Source of the DNA: Tolypothrix carrinoi HA7290-LM1
GTDB lineage: Bacteria > Cyanobacteriota > Cyanobacteriia > Cyanobacteriales > Nostocaceae
Length of the DNA stretch: 64,000 nt
Direction of reading: 5' to 3'
Assembly (NCBI GenBank): GCA_019358935.1
Contig: JAHHIK010000010.1
Location: forward strand, 32,001-96,000
The position numbers were made by a program, and so were the translations under genes. Of the stretch, positions 11,353 to 21,546 are shown one piece after another (position 1 is the first letter of the stretch; every line of letters begins with the position of its first letter). Under the pieces are notes generated by a model that was given only the letters and a program-made list of their open reading frames with translations, had not been told where the DNA came from and ran no database searches.

Positions 11353-11952
11353 TCATTCAGTCAGAATACTAGATAAAATTCCGAAAATTTTACCTATATT
11401 ATTAATATAGTATTCGCTCAAGTCAATCTCAACTACTTGCCCAACCAGCTTGAGAAACTTCCAGTTAGTTCCAGTAGTGACAGTTCCATAAATTGTCTGA
11501 ATATTATTTCCCTCGCGTTCATTAAACAATTTAGCTGCGATCATTTCTGCGACACACTGACCTAATCCGGCATTAATATTTTCCTTTTTAGCTTCAACAA
11601 TCGTTACTACCGGCGCACTGACAATTAATAATTCTGGTGAACGGCTAATCAGAAAATCACAATTTCCATTTAGTCCTTGTGATGGTTCAACTGTAAAGTC
11701 AATTCCCGAAAATAAACTTACTTGATAATTTAAATATTTTCTGACTGCAATTAAAATAGGGGCAATAATCATTTCCGAACGTGATTTTTCTGTATTACTA
11801 GCCAAAGCTAATGGTATATTTTCCTGAATAATTTCTGATAGTAATGGCGGCAATTCTAACTCTAATACAGAAGAAAATATATCAATTTTATCAGAAATAG
11901 TTAAGCCAAAGCTTCTCCTTACTCTATCTAAAGTAAAGTCACTGTATGACAC
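11353..11952 (-). CDS. PD-(D/E)XK restriction-endonuclease-like protein
   Basis: GNCDFLI...IVEAKK...GLGQCVAEM...YGTVTTGTNWKF. Confidence 0.65.
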   Translation of the reverse strand: MSYSDFTLDRVRRSFGLTISDKIDIFSSVLELELPPLLSEIIQENIPLALASNTEKSRSEMIIAPILIAVRKYLNYQVSLFSGIDFTVEPSQGLNGNCDFLISRSPELLIVSAPVVTIVEAKKENINAGLGQCVAEMIAAKLFNEREGNNIQTIYGTVTTGTNWKFLKLVGQVVEIDLSEYYINNIGKIFGILSSILTE

Positions 11953-12053
11953 TTTAGTTGCTCCTGTTTATAAACCCATATATTAAAATTGTGCCAATTA
12001 CAAGCATGACTCGTTGCTAATAATTGACACAATCAGTAGTTAAATATTTTCTA

Positions 12054-13316
12054 TTAACCAAACAAACCACCGAAAAACTCAAGGGTATCCTTCAACGCTT
12101 TGATAAAAACATCAATTTCTTCGCGGGTGTTGTAGAAAGATAAACTTGCTCTTGCGGTTCCAGGAAGACCTAAAAAACGGTGTAATGGTTGAGTGCAGTG
12201 GTGTCCAGAACGGATTGCGACACCTTCTTGATCTAATAATGTAGATAAGTCGTTAGCGTGGACTTCTCCGGATGTGAATGCAGCCAAAGCAGCTCTACCT
12301 TCACCATTAGCATCGGGTTTGGGACCATAAATTCTAATTTCGGGAATTTGCAGCAATTGCTCAAACAAATAAGCAGTTAATTCTGCTTCGTAAGCGTGGA
12401 TTTTATCCATGCCAATATTAGTAAGATAATCTATCGCAGCACCAAGAGCGATCGCTTCCCCAATTGCCGGTGTACCAGCTTCAAATTTATGCGGTAATTC
12501 TGCGTAGGTCGAATGGTCTAAAAACACCTCCGCAATCATTTCACCACCACCAAAAAACGGCGGCATCGATTCCAACAATTTCAACTTGCCATACAAAAAG
12601 CCTATCCCAGTTGGGGCACACATTTTGTGACCGGAAGCAACTAACCAATCACAGTCAATTTGCTGCACGTCAACAGGCATATGAGGGACACTTTGGCAAG
12701 CATCAATTAATACTTTTGCACCGTATTCATGCGCTAAAGCACAAATTTCTTGCACCGGGTTAATGCAACCCAAAGTGTTAGAAACATGCACCGTTGACAC
12801 CAATTTAGTTTTTTCAGAAAGCAGAGTTTTGAACTGTTCTAAATCAAAAGTTTCTTCAGATGTCAGTTCGACAAACTTCAGCACTGCACCCGTCTTTTGC
12901 GCCACCAATTGCCAGGGTACAATATTACTGTGGTGTTCCATCACCGAGAGAATAATTTCATCTCCCGGTTGCAAATTGCTCATTCCCCAACTGTAAGCTA
13001 CCAAATTAATCGCCTCAGAAGCGTTGCGGGTGTAAACAATTTCTTGACGAGATGCAGCATTGATAAATTTAGCAACTTTATCTCGTGTAGCTTCATAAGC
13101 ATCAGTAGCTTTCGCGCTGAGAGTATGCGCTCCGCGATGCACGTTAGCATTATACTGCTCGTAATAATCTCGCAAACGATTAAGTACCAGCAAAGGTTTT
13201 TGCGAGGTAGCAGCATTATCCAGGTAAATTAAAGGTTTGCCGTTGACTTCCTGATTTAATATTGGGAAATCAGCGCGAACTTGATCGGCGAGGGTTTTTG
13301 TTTGGGTGAAAGTCAT
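12054..13316 (-). CDS. sufS: Cysteine desulfurase SufS
   Basis: [25 protein letters not shown]. Confidence 0.97.
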   Translation of the reverse strand: MTFTQTKTLADQVRADFPILNQEVNGKPLIYLDNAATSQKPLLVLNRLRDYYEQYNANVHRGAHTLSAKATDAYEATRDKVAKFINAASRQEIVYTRNASEAINLVAYSWGMSNLQPGDEIILSVMEHHSNIVPWQLVAQKTGAVLKFVELTSEETFDLEQFKTLLSEKTKLVSTVHVSNTLGCINPVQEICALAHEYGAKVLIDACQSVPHMPVDVQQIDCDWLVASGHKMCAPTGIGFLYGKLKLLESMPPFFGGGEMIAEVFLDHSTYAELPHKFEAGTPAIGEAIALGAAIDYLTNIGMDKIHAYEAELTAYLFEQLLQIPEIRIYGPKPDANGEGRAALAAFTSGEVHANDLSTLLDQEGVAIRSGHHCTQPLHRFLGLPGTARASLSFYNTREEIDVFIKALKDTLEFFGGLFG

Positions 13317-13334
13317 AAAATTTTGGCTTAAGGA

Positions 13335-13535
13335 TTGTTAGTTGTTGGTTGTTAGTTGTTGGTTGCTGGTTGTTGGTTGTTAGTTGTTGGTTGCTGGTTG
13401 TTAGTTGTTGGTTGTTGATTGTTGGTTGTTTATTCTTTGCTACTATCCACGCTCCCACTATCAACTAACTACTAACCACTATCAACGCTCCCACTATCAA
13501 CGCTCCCACTAACCACTATCCACTAACCAACACCC
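13335..13535. repeat. Two opposed STRR-type heptamer arrays (GTTGTTG/GTTGTTA, then CCACTAT/CCACTAA-like)
   Basis: Tandem degenerate 7-mers in the sufD-sufS spacer. Confidence 0.85.
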
Positions 13536-13538
13536 AAT

Positions 13539-14930
13539 CTAAAATCTGCTAACTGTTTGCGTGAGAGTTTCGCGAAGAGAGGAAATCGGTATTTGGTTGA
13601 TAATTTCAGCCGCGAAAGCATTAATTAATAAGTTGCGAGCATCGTTGGCATCAATACCCCGGCTTTGCAGATAAAATATTTCATCATCTTCCAACTGGCT
13701 AACAGTCGCACCGTGAGCGCATTTAACATTATCCGCCGTAATTTCCAACTGCGGCTTAGTATCAACTCTGGCTTTAGATGATAGTAGCAGGTTGCGATTT
13801 AATTGCGCCGCATCAGTTAACTGTGCCGGCTTCGGGACAAAAACTTTGCCATTGAACACTCCATGAGCGCGATCGCCTACAATACACTTATGCAATTGCC
13901 GACTAACACCATGCGGATGATTAAGAGCAATTACACTGTGAGTATCCGCCAATTGCTTCCCCTTAATCATCGTCAACCCATTTAAAGTAGTTTCCGTTTG
14001 CTCACCAGTTTGGAAAATCTCTAAATTGTGACGCGAAAACCTGCCACCCAAACTTACCGCATTACAACAATACCGACTATAACGACCTTGCATCACCGCA
14101 GTCTTGCCAACATGAAAAGCCTCAGCACCATCACACTCAACCCGAGTATGACTAACCTGAGCATTCTCCTCAACCCAAATCTCCGTCACCGCATTGGTGA
14201 AGTATACACCCTCTTTCTCCTCCTCTGCGTTCTCTGCGCCTCTGTGAGTCCAGCCCCCGTCTTGGCGGTTTCCGTCACGATGGGGGACTGGCGAACCCGA
14301 AGGGCGGTTCGTATACTCCTCCACCAAACTCACCTGCGAACCACATTCAGCCACCACCAGACAACGCGGTAAAGCAATCCTCCCCTCACCCACAGCAACA
14401 AACACCAAAAAAATCGGTGTTTCCACCACCACATTCTTCCCCACCCATACCACCGCCGCATCAGTCATACCAGCAGTATTCAGAGCAGTAAACACCTCGC
14501 GATCGCCTGACGCTTGTGCCAAATATTGCCGCACCCGTTCATCATAACCCCCAGGTAAATTAGCCAAATTGCTAACCACCACCCCATCAGGTAAACCAGA
14601 AACAGCAGATAACTCAGGTGCATAAACACCATTCACAAAAACCAAACAGTTCTTATTCGCTTCCGGTAAACTAAAAGGCGTAATATTTGGTAAAAACGTC
14701 TCTACATTAAATTGCACCTCGCGCAAAGACGACAAATCAGCAAAACGCCATTCTTCATCGCGGGTAGTAGGAAGTCTTGATTGACGCACCCAATCAGCAG
14801 CACGTTGACGCACATCTTGCAACCAACCCTCTGACTTTGATGCAGCTACTTTATCTAACAACCCAGTTAAATAAGCATCTTTATCCACCAAAGTGTTAGA
14901 AATCGGACTTGGAGAAACTTCAATAGACAT
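13539..14930 (-). CDS. sufD: Fe-S cluster assembly protein SufD carrying an in-frame repeat insertion
   Basis: LPTTRDEEWRF, VFNGKVFV, TKPQLEITADNVKCAHGAT; operon position. Confidence 0.95.
   Translation of the reverse strand: MSIEVSPSPISNTLVDKDAYLTGLLDKVAASKSEGWLQDVRQRAADWVRQSRLPTTRDEEWRFADLSSLREVQFNVETFLPNITPFSLPEANKNCLVFVNGVYAPELSAVSGLPDGVVVSNLANLPGGYDERVRQYLAQASGDREVFTALNTAGMTDAAVVWVGKNVVVETPIFLVFVAVGEGRIALPRCLVVAECGSQVSLVEEYTNRPSGSPVPHRDGNRQDGGWTHRGAENAEEEKEGVYFTNAVTEIWVEENAQVSHTRVECDGAEAFHVGKTAVMQGRYSRYCCNAVSLGGRFSRHNLEIFQTGEQTETTLNGLTMIKGKQLADTHSVIALNHPHGVSRQLHKCIVGDRAHGVFNGKVFVPKPAQLTDAAQLNRNLLLSSKARVDTKPQLEITADNVKCAHGATVSQLEDDEIFYLQSRGIDANDARNLLINAFAAEIINQIPISSLRETLTQTVSRF
14245..14304. 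mobile_element. 60-bp palindromic small dispersed repeat inserted in frame in sufD
   Basis: Removal restores the host repeat CTCTGCGCCTCTGCGGTTCG; internal stems CCCCCGTC/GATGGGGG and TGGCGG/CCGTCA. Confidence 0.75.
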
Positions 14931-15712
14931 TACACACCCACCTCAGCTTCTTCCAACACCCAGTCATAACCGCGAGCTTCCAACTCCAGCGCCAAATCCT
15001 TACCACCACACATGAGAATCTGCCCCTGAGCCATCACATGCACGTAATCCGGCACAATATAATTAAGTAACCGCTGATAGTGAGTAATCATAATCGTCGC
15101 ATTTTCCGGATTTGCCAGCTGATTTACTCCATTCGCGACAATCTTCAACGCATCAATATCCAAACCAGAATCTGTCTCATCCAGAATCGCCAACTTTGGT
15201 TCTAACAGTGCCATTTGCAGAATCTCATTCCGCTTTTTCTCCCCACCAGAAAAACCCTCATTCAAACTTCTGTTAAGGAAAGCCGGATTCATCTTCACAA
15301 CATCCAGCTTTTCCTCTATCAAATCATCAAAATCAAACGCATCAATTTCTTCTAAACCCTGCGCTTTCCGGCGAGAATTATAAGCCACCCGCAAGAAATC
15401 CAAATTACTCACACCCGGAATTTCCAACGGATATTGAAACGCCAAAAATACACCACTTCTTGCGCGTTCTTCCGGTTCCATTTCCAGCAGATTTTGCCCC
15501 ATAAAGGTGCAACTACCACCAGTTACCTCATAAGCTGGGTGTCCAGCCAAAACCTTAGAAAAAGTACTTTTACCAGAACCATTCGGTCCCATAATCGCAT
15601 GAACTTCACCCGATTTTACCTCAATATTCACACCCTTGAGAATCGGCGTCCCATTAACATTAGCCGTCAAATCTCTTACTGACAGCACAACTTCACTATT
15701 TTCAATAATCAT
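14930..15712 (-). CDS. sufC: Fe-S cluster assembly ATPase SufC
   Basis: [28 protein letters not shown]. Confidence 0.97.
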   Translation of the reverse strand: MIIENSEVVLSVRDLTANVNGTPILKGVNIEVKSGEVHAIMGPNGSGKSTFSKVLAGHPAYEVTGGSCTFMGQNLLEMEPEERARSGVFLAFQYPLEIPGVSNLDFLRVAYNSRRKAQGLEEIDAFDFDDLIEEKLDVVKMNPAFLNRSLNEGFSGGEKKRNEILQMALLEPKLAILDETDSGLDIDALKIVANGVNQLANPENATIMITHYQRLLNYIVPDYVHVMAQGQILMCGGKDLALELEARGYDWVLEEAEVGV

Positions 15713-15743
15713 CTTTTCTCTCTCTTATTTCTTCTCTCGCTCC

Positions 15744-15851
15744 CTCGTTCCCAGTCTCAGACTGGGAATGTTATCTTTGGGCTGCTGCCTAGCGATAAAA
15801 TATGAGGCAGCAGCCCACAGAATGCGTTACCAGGTTGAACCTGGTAACGAG
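15744..15851. repeat. Three-hairpin REP/MITE-like element
   Basis: Hairpins TTCCCAGTC/GACTGGGAA, GGGCTGCTGCCT/AGGCAGCAGCCC, CGTTACCAGG/CCTGGTAACG; ends CTCGTT/AACGAG. Confidence 0.7.
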
Positions 15852-15853
15852 AG

Positions 15854-17293
15854 TTAACCAACACTACCTTCCAACTTCAGACTCAACAGCTTATCAGCTT
15901 CCACCGCAAATTCCATCGGCAGCTGATTAAACACATCCTTACAGAAGCCACTAATCATCATCGAAACCGCGTCTTCACTAGAAATGCCCCGCTGTGCAAA
16001 GTAAAATAATTGGTCTTCCCCAATCTTGGAAGTAGAAGCTTCATGCTCCACCTTCGCTGCCTTATTTTGCACCTGAATATATGGGAAAGTATTCGCATGA
16101 GCATTATCCCCAATTAGCATCGAGTCGCACTGCGAATAGTTTCTAGCTCCTTCAGCCTTCGGGTTAATTTTCACCAAACCGCGATAGCTGTTACTAGAAT
16201 TACCAGCAGAAATTCCCTTAGAGATAATCGTGCTGCGAGTGTTCTTACCAACGTGAATCATCTTGGTTCCCGTGTCGGCTTGCTGCATATTATTTGTCAG
16301 CGCTACCGAGTAGAACTCACCCACAGAATTATCGCCCACCAACACGCAGCTAGGATATTTCCAAGTAATCGCAGAACCGGTTTCTACTTGCGTCCAGGAA
16401 ATCTTGGAATTTACACCCTGACACAAACCGCGTTTGGTGACAAAGTTGTAAATACCACCTTTGCCTTTTTCATCGCCGGCGTACCAATTCTGTACTGTAG
16501 AATATTTAATTTCCGCGTTGTCCAGAGCGACAAGTTCCACCACAGCGGCGTGTAGTTGGTTGCTATCGTACATCGGCGCGGTACAGCCTTCCAAGTAGGA
16601 AACATAGCTGCCTTCTTCGGCAACAATCAAGGTACGCTCAAATTGTCCGGTATCGCCGCTGTTAATCCGGAAATAGGTAGACAATTCCATCGGGCATTTT
16701 ACGCCTTTAGGAATATAGACAAAAGAACCATCGCTAAATACAGCCGCATTCAATGCCGCGAAGTAGTTATCGGCAGGGGGGACAACGCTACCCAGATACT
16801 TTTGTACTAGTTCGGGATATTCTTGCAATGCTTCGGAAATCGAGCAGAAGATAACGCCGTCTTTGAGCAGCTTTTCTTTAAATGTAGTGGCGACAGAAAC
16901 ACTATCGAAAATGGCATCTACAGCGACATTTCCCAGTCGCTTTTGTTCTGATAGGGGAATACCTAACTTTTCAAAGGTTTCCAAGAGGGTGGGATCTACT
17001 TCATCCAAACTGTTAAGCTTTTTCTTCGCTTGTTTCGGTGCGGAATAGTAGATGATATCCTGATAATTAATTGGCGGATATTGAACGCTATGCCAAGTCG
17101 GTTCTGTCATTTTTAGCCACTGGCGATAGGCTCTGAGGCGAAACTCCAGCATGAATTCCGGCTCGTTCTTCTTGCTGGAGATCAAGCGGATAACATCTTC
17201 GTTTAGCCCACGCGGAATGGTGTCTGCCTCAATATTGGTGACAAAGCCATATTTGTAGGGCTGGTTGACTAAGGTTTTGACAGTGGCACTCAT
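15854..17293 (-). CDS. sufB: Fe-S cluster assembly protein SufB
   Basis: [38 protein letters not shown]. Confidence 0.98.
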   Translation of the reverse strand: MSATVKTLVNQPYKYGFVTNIEADTIPRGLNEDVIRLISSKKNEPEFMLEFRLRAYRQWLKMTEPTWHSVQYPPINYQDIIYYSAPKQAKKKLNSLDEVDPTLLETFEKLGIPLSEQKRLGNVAVDAIFDSVSVATTFKEKLLKDGVIFCSISEALQEYPELVQKYLGSVVPPADNYFAALNAAVFSDGSFVYIPKGVKCPMELSTYFRINSGDTGQFERTLIVAEEGSYVSYLEGCTAPMYDSNQLHAAVVELVALDNAEIKYSTVQNWYAGDEKGKGGIYNFVTKRGLCQGVNSKISWTQVETGSAITWKYPSCVLVGDNSVGEFYSVALTNNMQQADTGTKMIHVGKNTRSTIISKGISAGNSSNSYRGLVKINPKAEGARNYSQCDSMLIGDNAHANTFPYIQVQNKAAKVEHEASTSKIGEDQLFYFAQRGISSEDAVSMMISGFCKDVFNQLPMEFAVEADKLLSLKLEGSVG

Positions 17294-17421
17294 CAGTTCT
17301 TTTCTCTCGTGTTCTCTTTTAGGTGTCTCTTTTTGGATGGGAGACGGGCGGTAAGCCGATTTCCCTTCATCGTTAACCCACAGTGGTTACGCGGCTGTTA
17401 CAATAAGGATGGAGAGTAAAA

Positions 17422-17435
17422 CAACAAGTTAGTTG
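17422..17435. promoter_or_regulatory. SufR box 1 (CAAC-N6-GTTG)
   Basis: CAAC-aagtta-GTTG in the sufB-sufR spacer; matches the known cyanobacterial SufR motif. Confidence 0.8.
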
Positions 17436-17466
17436 TTTAAGTTATCTCCATTTTACGCTACATTAA

Positions 17467-17480
17467 CAACAAGAATGTTG
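17467..17480. promoter_or_regulatory. SufR box 2 (CAAC-N6-GTTG)
   Basis: CAAC-aagaat-GTTG. Confidence 0.8.
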
Positions 17481-17517
17481 TCAAAGTGAAATTTCCTAAT
17501 TATTTTTCAGGACTAAG

Positions 17518-18192
17518 ATGGCGACTACCCAGCAGTCCTCAACCAAGCAAGAGATTCTAGAATATCTCCTGAAACACTCACGGGCAACAGCTTTTGAGCT
17601 AGCCGAGATTTTAAATATTAGCCCGCAAGCGATTCGTCGCCATCTCAAAGATTTGGAGGCTGAAAAGCTAATTTTGTATTCATCGATACAAGAAGGGATG
17701 GGGCGTCCGCAGCACGTTTATCATTTGAGTCGTGAAGGACGCGATCGCCTGCAACGAGGTGATAGTTATGGGGAATTTGCTGTTTCTCTGCTGGATACAT
17801 TAGCAGAAACGGTAGGACGCGACCAAGTAAGCACGATTTTAAGAAAGCAGTGGGAACGTAAGGCTCAAGAATATCGCGATCGCTTGGGTAAAGGGTCGTT
17901 AGAAGAACGTGTGGCAAACTTAGTTGAGTTGAGAAAAGCTGAAGGCTTCATGGCAGAGTGTCACCCAGTAGAATCGAATGAATCAGTAGGCGATCGCTTT
18001 ATATTAATGGAGCATAACTGCGCCATTTCCAACGTTGCCGAGTCTTTCCCCAGCATTTGCGGTCATGAATTAGAAATGTTTGCCGCCGTTCTCCCAGATT
18101 GTACAGTAGAGCGGACTCATTGGATTATCAACGGCGAACACCGTTGCGGCTATTTGGTACAAGCGCGAAAACCTTGCGCCGAATTAGATTAA
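17518..18192 (+). CDS. sufR: Fe-S transcriptional repressor SufR
   Basis: N-terminal HTH, HNCAISNVA...ICGHEL...HRCGY; divergent from sufB. Confidence 0.95.
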   Translation: MATTQQSSTKQEILEYLLKHSRATAFELAEILNISPQAIRRHLKDLEAEKLILYSSIQEGMGRPQHVYHLSREGRDRLQRGDSYGEFAVSLLDTLAETVGRDQVSTILRKQWERKAQEYRDRLGKGSLEERVANLVELRKAEGFMAECHPVESNESVGDRFILMEHNCAISNVAESFPSICGHELEMFAAVLPDCTVERTHWIINGEHRCGYLVQARKPCAELD

Positions 18193-18297
18193 GAAATTTA
18201 TATTTACATTAAGTTTAAGTCATAAATAATAGCTACGTCGTAATCTGTTTTACAAATTACAAATTAGCAATTGTCCGTTAAGTTTTAGTTAAAGGTT

Positions 18298-18558
18298 ATG
18301 AATTTACCACCACAGCAGCCGTCAACACAATTCTTAACTTTAGAAGAGTCAGCCAAAGTTGACGCTGCCTTGCTTTCTTCCCCGGAAAAGTTTTTAACCA
18401 GATTAACAATTTCATCTCTCAAACTTTTGAAGCACATCGCCCAAGAGTATGATGTGAGAATTGAAGATTTAACAACACAGCAAGTGATTGCTTGGTTTGA
18501 GAAAGATGGCAAGATTCGCCGAGAGCAAGGAACAGAGTCTGCATACCTGAATTGGTAA
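18298..18558 (+). CDS. Hypothetical protein, 86 aa
   Basis: Clean ORF downstream of sufR with normal composition. Confidence 0.7.
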   Translation: MNLPPQQPSTQFLTLEESAKVDAALLSSPEKFLTRLTISSLKLLKHIAQEYDVRIEDLTTQQVIAWFEKDGKIRREQGTESAYLNW

Positions 18559-18559
18559 A

Positions 18560-18588
18560 GTAGAGACGTTCCATCGGAACGTCTCTAC
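18560..18588. repeat. GTAG-type REP hairpin
   Basis: GTAGAGACGTTCC-atc-GGAACGTCTCTAC perfect 13-bp stem. Confidence 0.75.
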
Positions 18589-18611
18589 AATAAATAATCT
18601 AAACAAATAGC

Positions 18612-18640
18612 AAAAAGCACCTTTTTCGAGGTGCTTTGTC
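18612..18640. terminator. Probable terminator between convergent genes
   Basis: AAAGCACCT-loop-AGGTGCTTT preceded by an A-run. Confidence 0.55.
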
Positions 18641-18672
18641 AAGCGATGTAATTTAATTTTACAGACCACATT

Positions 18673-19299
18673 TTAAGTGTAAGTATTAGTACGCGGACTG
18701 CGAGCGCCTGTAACCGCTCCAATCATTGATGCAACTAAACCCAGCAAAGAACCGAATACAAACCACCACAAACCTCTAGATGTAGCACCAGCAATATTGC
18801 GGGCTTCTTGAGCGCTTACATTGGTTTGGGGTACGTTCACACCACCTTGTTGTTGCACTTGGTTAATCACTTCACCAGCGTTAGAAGCAGCAACACCAAA
18901 AGCACCCGATACCCCACTAGCCAAGAGCCAAGAGCTAACTGCTAAAGTGGTAGCCCAGAGAATTGCCCCATTGAGAAGAGCGGTGCTGCGGTTCATCGGA
19001 CCGCAAGCGCGAGCAGTTACCCAACCGCCGGTAAATAGGGAAATTAACAAACCAATGGTTGACCAAATTCCCACATTTCCAGCAACATCAGGAGCATTTG
19101 TTCTGGGTGCGCCGGAATTTGCAATACTACCTGCGCCGATCGCTGCGAATAAAGCGCTTAAAATCAATTGCGTAGCTAGGGAAACTAACAAACCAGAAAT
19201 AATCGGACCCCAACGAACGCGATCGTGGTAATCAGCAACTCTACCCACTACCGCAGGCTCATTAATTACATCATCACCAACTCTATTTACGTATGACAT
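18673..19299 (-). CDS. Multi-pass membrane protein
   Basis: DRVRWGPIISG followed by four hydrophobic segments. Confidence 0.75.
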   Translation of the reverse strand: MSYVNRVGDDVINEPAVVGRVADYHDRVRWGPIISGLLVSLATQLILSALFAAIGAGSIANSGAPRTNAPDVAGNVGIWSTIGLLISLFTGGWVTARACGPMNRSTALLNGAILWATTLAVSSWLLASGVSGAFGVAASNAGEVINQVQQQGGVNVPQTNVSAQEARNIAGATSRGLWWFVFGSLLGLVASMIGAVTGARSPRTNTYT

Positions 19300-19851
19300 A
19301 GCTTATCTTTTTCCTCACTTTTTTAGCAGTTTTTTCAGCTATATTCTTGCTTGTGTATTAAGATTAAATTCCTCTTGCTGAGTTTTCATATCTATCAAGA
19401 GAAATACTTATTAACTCTATCTTTAGTAATAATTTTGAGAAGGCTTTAATACTATTTAATATAACTGTTGAAGTCTGTTGAGATTATGAATTAATAATTA
19501 ATTTTGGCAGAGATGAATTATTAAGTTAAAATCCAGTTATTCCACGTCAAAAATAATTCAAATCATAGTGCGGAAATCTTTCCGATTATGTTAAGAATTT
19601 TAAATTGTCGGGTGCGAAGCGCCGAAAGTACGACACCCTACTAATTATATTTGTCTGATGAGTATTAAGCAGATTAACGTAATTTAGGCAAAATAGTAAG
19701 TTAAGGTAGATAAATTTTTATTAAGAATAACGAATAAATTTTTGGCGATACGTTTTCAGCTACATTGGGATGTGCAGCTAACTTTTTCAAGTTCTCTTAG
19801 ATAAAAAGGGAACAAAAATTATTGCTGCACATCAAGTAATCAAGGCATTCT

Positions 19852-20181
19852 TCAATTACGCAGCTTGATAGCGGTGCCTGTCGCGGTAATCAGCAACAAA
19901 ACCCCTGACTGGTCAACATTAATCGTACCAGTATCAAATTCAATCCCGACAACAGCATCTGCCCCTAAACGCGATGCCCGCTGTTCTAACTCTTGTAGTG
20001 CCTTACGTTGACCTTGCTCAAATAAGCGCTCATAGCTGCCGGTGCGTCCACCAACAATATCCCGAATGCTAGCGAAAAAATCCCGTAGGAAATTGCTGCC
20101 GTAGACGACTTCTGCCGTCACAATACCTAAATATGACTGAATGACAGACCCCTGAATTACATCGGTCGTGGTTAAAATCAT
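19852..20181 (-). CDS. YbjQ/UPF0145 family protein
   Basis: RDIVGGRTGSYE...LGADAVVGI...ATGTA. Confidence 0.9.
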   Translation of the reverse strand: MILTTTDVIQGSVIQSYLGIVTAEVVYGSNFLRDFFASIRDIVGGRTGSYERLFEQGQRKALQELEQRASRLGADAVVGIEFDTGTINVDQSGVLLLITATGTAIKLRN

Positions 20182-20445
20182 AAATTAGCCTCTTGAGCGT
20201 TACGTCTGTTGTGTGCTTCTAACCGGATTTTAGATTTGGAATAGGTATTTAGATATAGTGATGACGATATTGTTTGCCACCATATGTAACTTTTTCTTTC
20301 TCAAAATGGTATCAGCCAAGACAAACGCTACGGCGCTGACCTTAACGGATGAGTGTAATGCATCAATAATAAATATGAAAACAGAATAAATACAGTTTTC
20401 AAAACTCAAGATTTTTGTTTTAATGTACATGCAATTACACGACAT

Positions 20446-21162
20446 GTGAAAAAAATTGCCAAATACTTCAGGATAATTACGGTGTACAAGCAGACATCAT
20501 TTCTACTAAGTGTTCTTTTATTAGGTAGTTTTGCAGCTACAATCCCCTCGGTGGCTCAGGCTCAGGTAACAGTAGCGCAAGCTAGAAGCGCAGAGTTAAA
20601 GCAATTGCTAGAAGATGGGCGGCGGTTGGTGAATTCTGGAGACTATAACGGCGCGATTTCTGTTTATCAACAAGCAGTAGCGATCGAGCCAAAAAATGCC
20701 AAAATTCATTCTGGCATGGGCTACTTATATGCTATACAAGGAAATTTCCAAGCAGCATTAGCGGCTTACCGTCGTGCTCTTGGTATTGATCCTAACAATG
20801 GCGATTTTTTCTATGCTGTAGGTTATATCAAAGGAAATTTGGGAGATACTGCTGGGGCAAAGGACGCTTATCGTAAAGCGATACAGCTCAACCGCAACAA
20901 TATTAATGCTTACTTGGGATTGGGTGTGACACAATCCCGTCTAGGAGATTATGAAGCAGCTATGTGGGCTTACGATCAAGCGATCAATATTGATAAGAAT
21001 AATGCCCAAACTTATGAGTTGATGGGTTCAATGTTCAAGCAACGACGAAAAGCCAAAGAAGCAAGTAATGTGCTTAATAAAGCGCGTGACTTGTATCAAC
21101 GTCGCAATGACTCAGATGGCGTGGCAAGGGTAGAAGCCTTGCTGCGAGATTTGGGAGGTTGA
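20446..21162 (+). CDS. Secreted TPR repeat protein
   Basis: Signal peptide ending AQA; about five TPRs; true start may be GTG at 20482. Confidence 0.85.
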   Translation: MKKIAKYFRIITVYKQTSFLLSVLLLGSFAATIPSVAQAQVTVAQARSAELKQLLEDGRRLVNSGDYNGAISVYQQAVAIEPKNAKIHSGMGYLYAIQGNFQAALAAYRRALGIDPNNGDFFYAVGYIKGNLGDTAGAKDAYRKAIQLNRNNINAYLGLGVTQSRLGDYEAAMWAYDQAINIDKNNAQTYELMGSMFKQRRKAKEASNVLNKARDLYQRRNDSDGVARVEALLRDLGG

Positions 21163-21183
21163 TTTAACTTTAGAAGACAGTCA

Positions 21184-21510
21184 CTATCAACAGAGCGATC
21201 GCTGCATGTACTGGTAAGATAACCGAACTTTTATCAGCCAGACTTGCAGCTATATCATATTGAAAACTAAACTGTTGGCTACTTATGCTACCTGCGGCTT
21301 TTCTAATATCCAGGTTCTCGACTGCAATACATAACAGCCAAAATCAGAATGTAGTCCTGCTTAATTGTGTAGAGAATTGCATAGGTCAACTTCACAACTA
21401 TAACATTTGCGAAGCCATAGTATAACTATAATTATACCATGATGTTATCACTTATAATCAAAGCATTCAAATCTGTTTCGATCGCCAGTTGCCGATTTTC
21501 TTCGAGTTCT
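21184..21510. pseudogene. Internally deleted duplicate of the 29233-30347 toxin-antitoxin region
   Basis: 21184-21261 matches 29233-29310; 21286-21413 matches 29356-29482 (toxin 3' end); 21414-21510 matches 30251-30347. Confidence 0.9.
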
Positions 21511-21546
21511 AATGAAGCAGAGAAAATAGCCGCTTGATCGACGGGG

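Noticed and set aside
13270..13464. 64-aa ORF between sufD and sufS
   Set aside because: Translation of an STRR array
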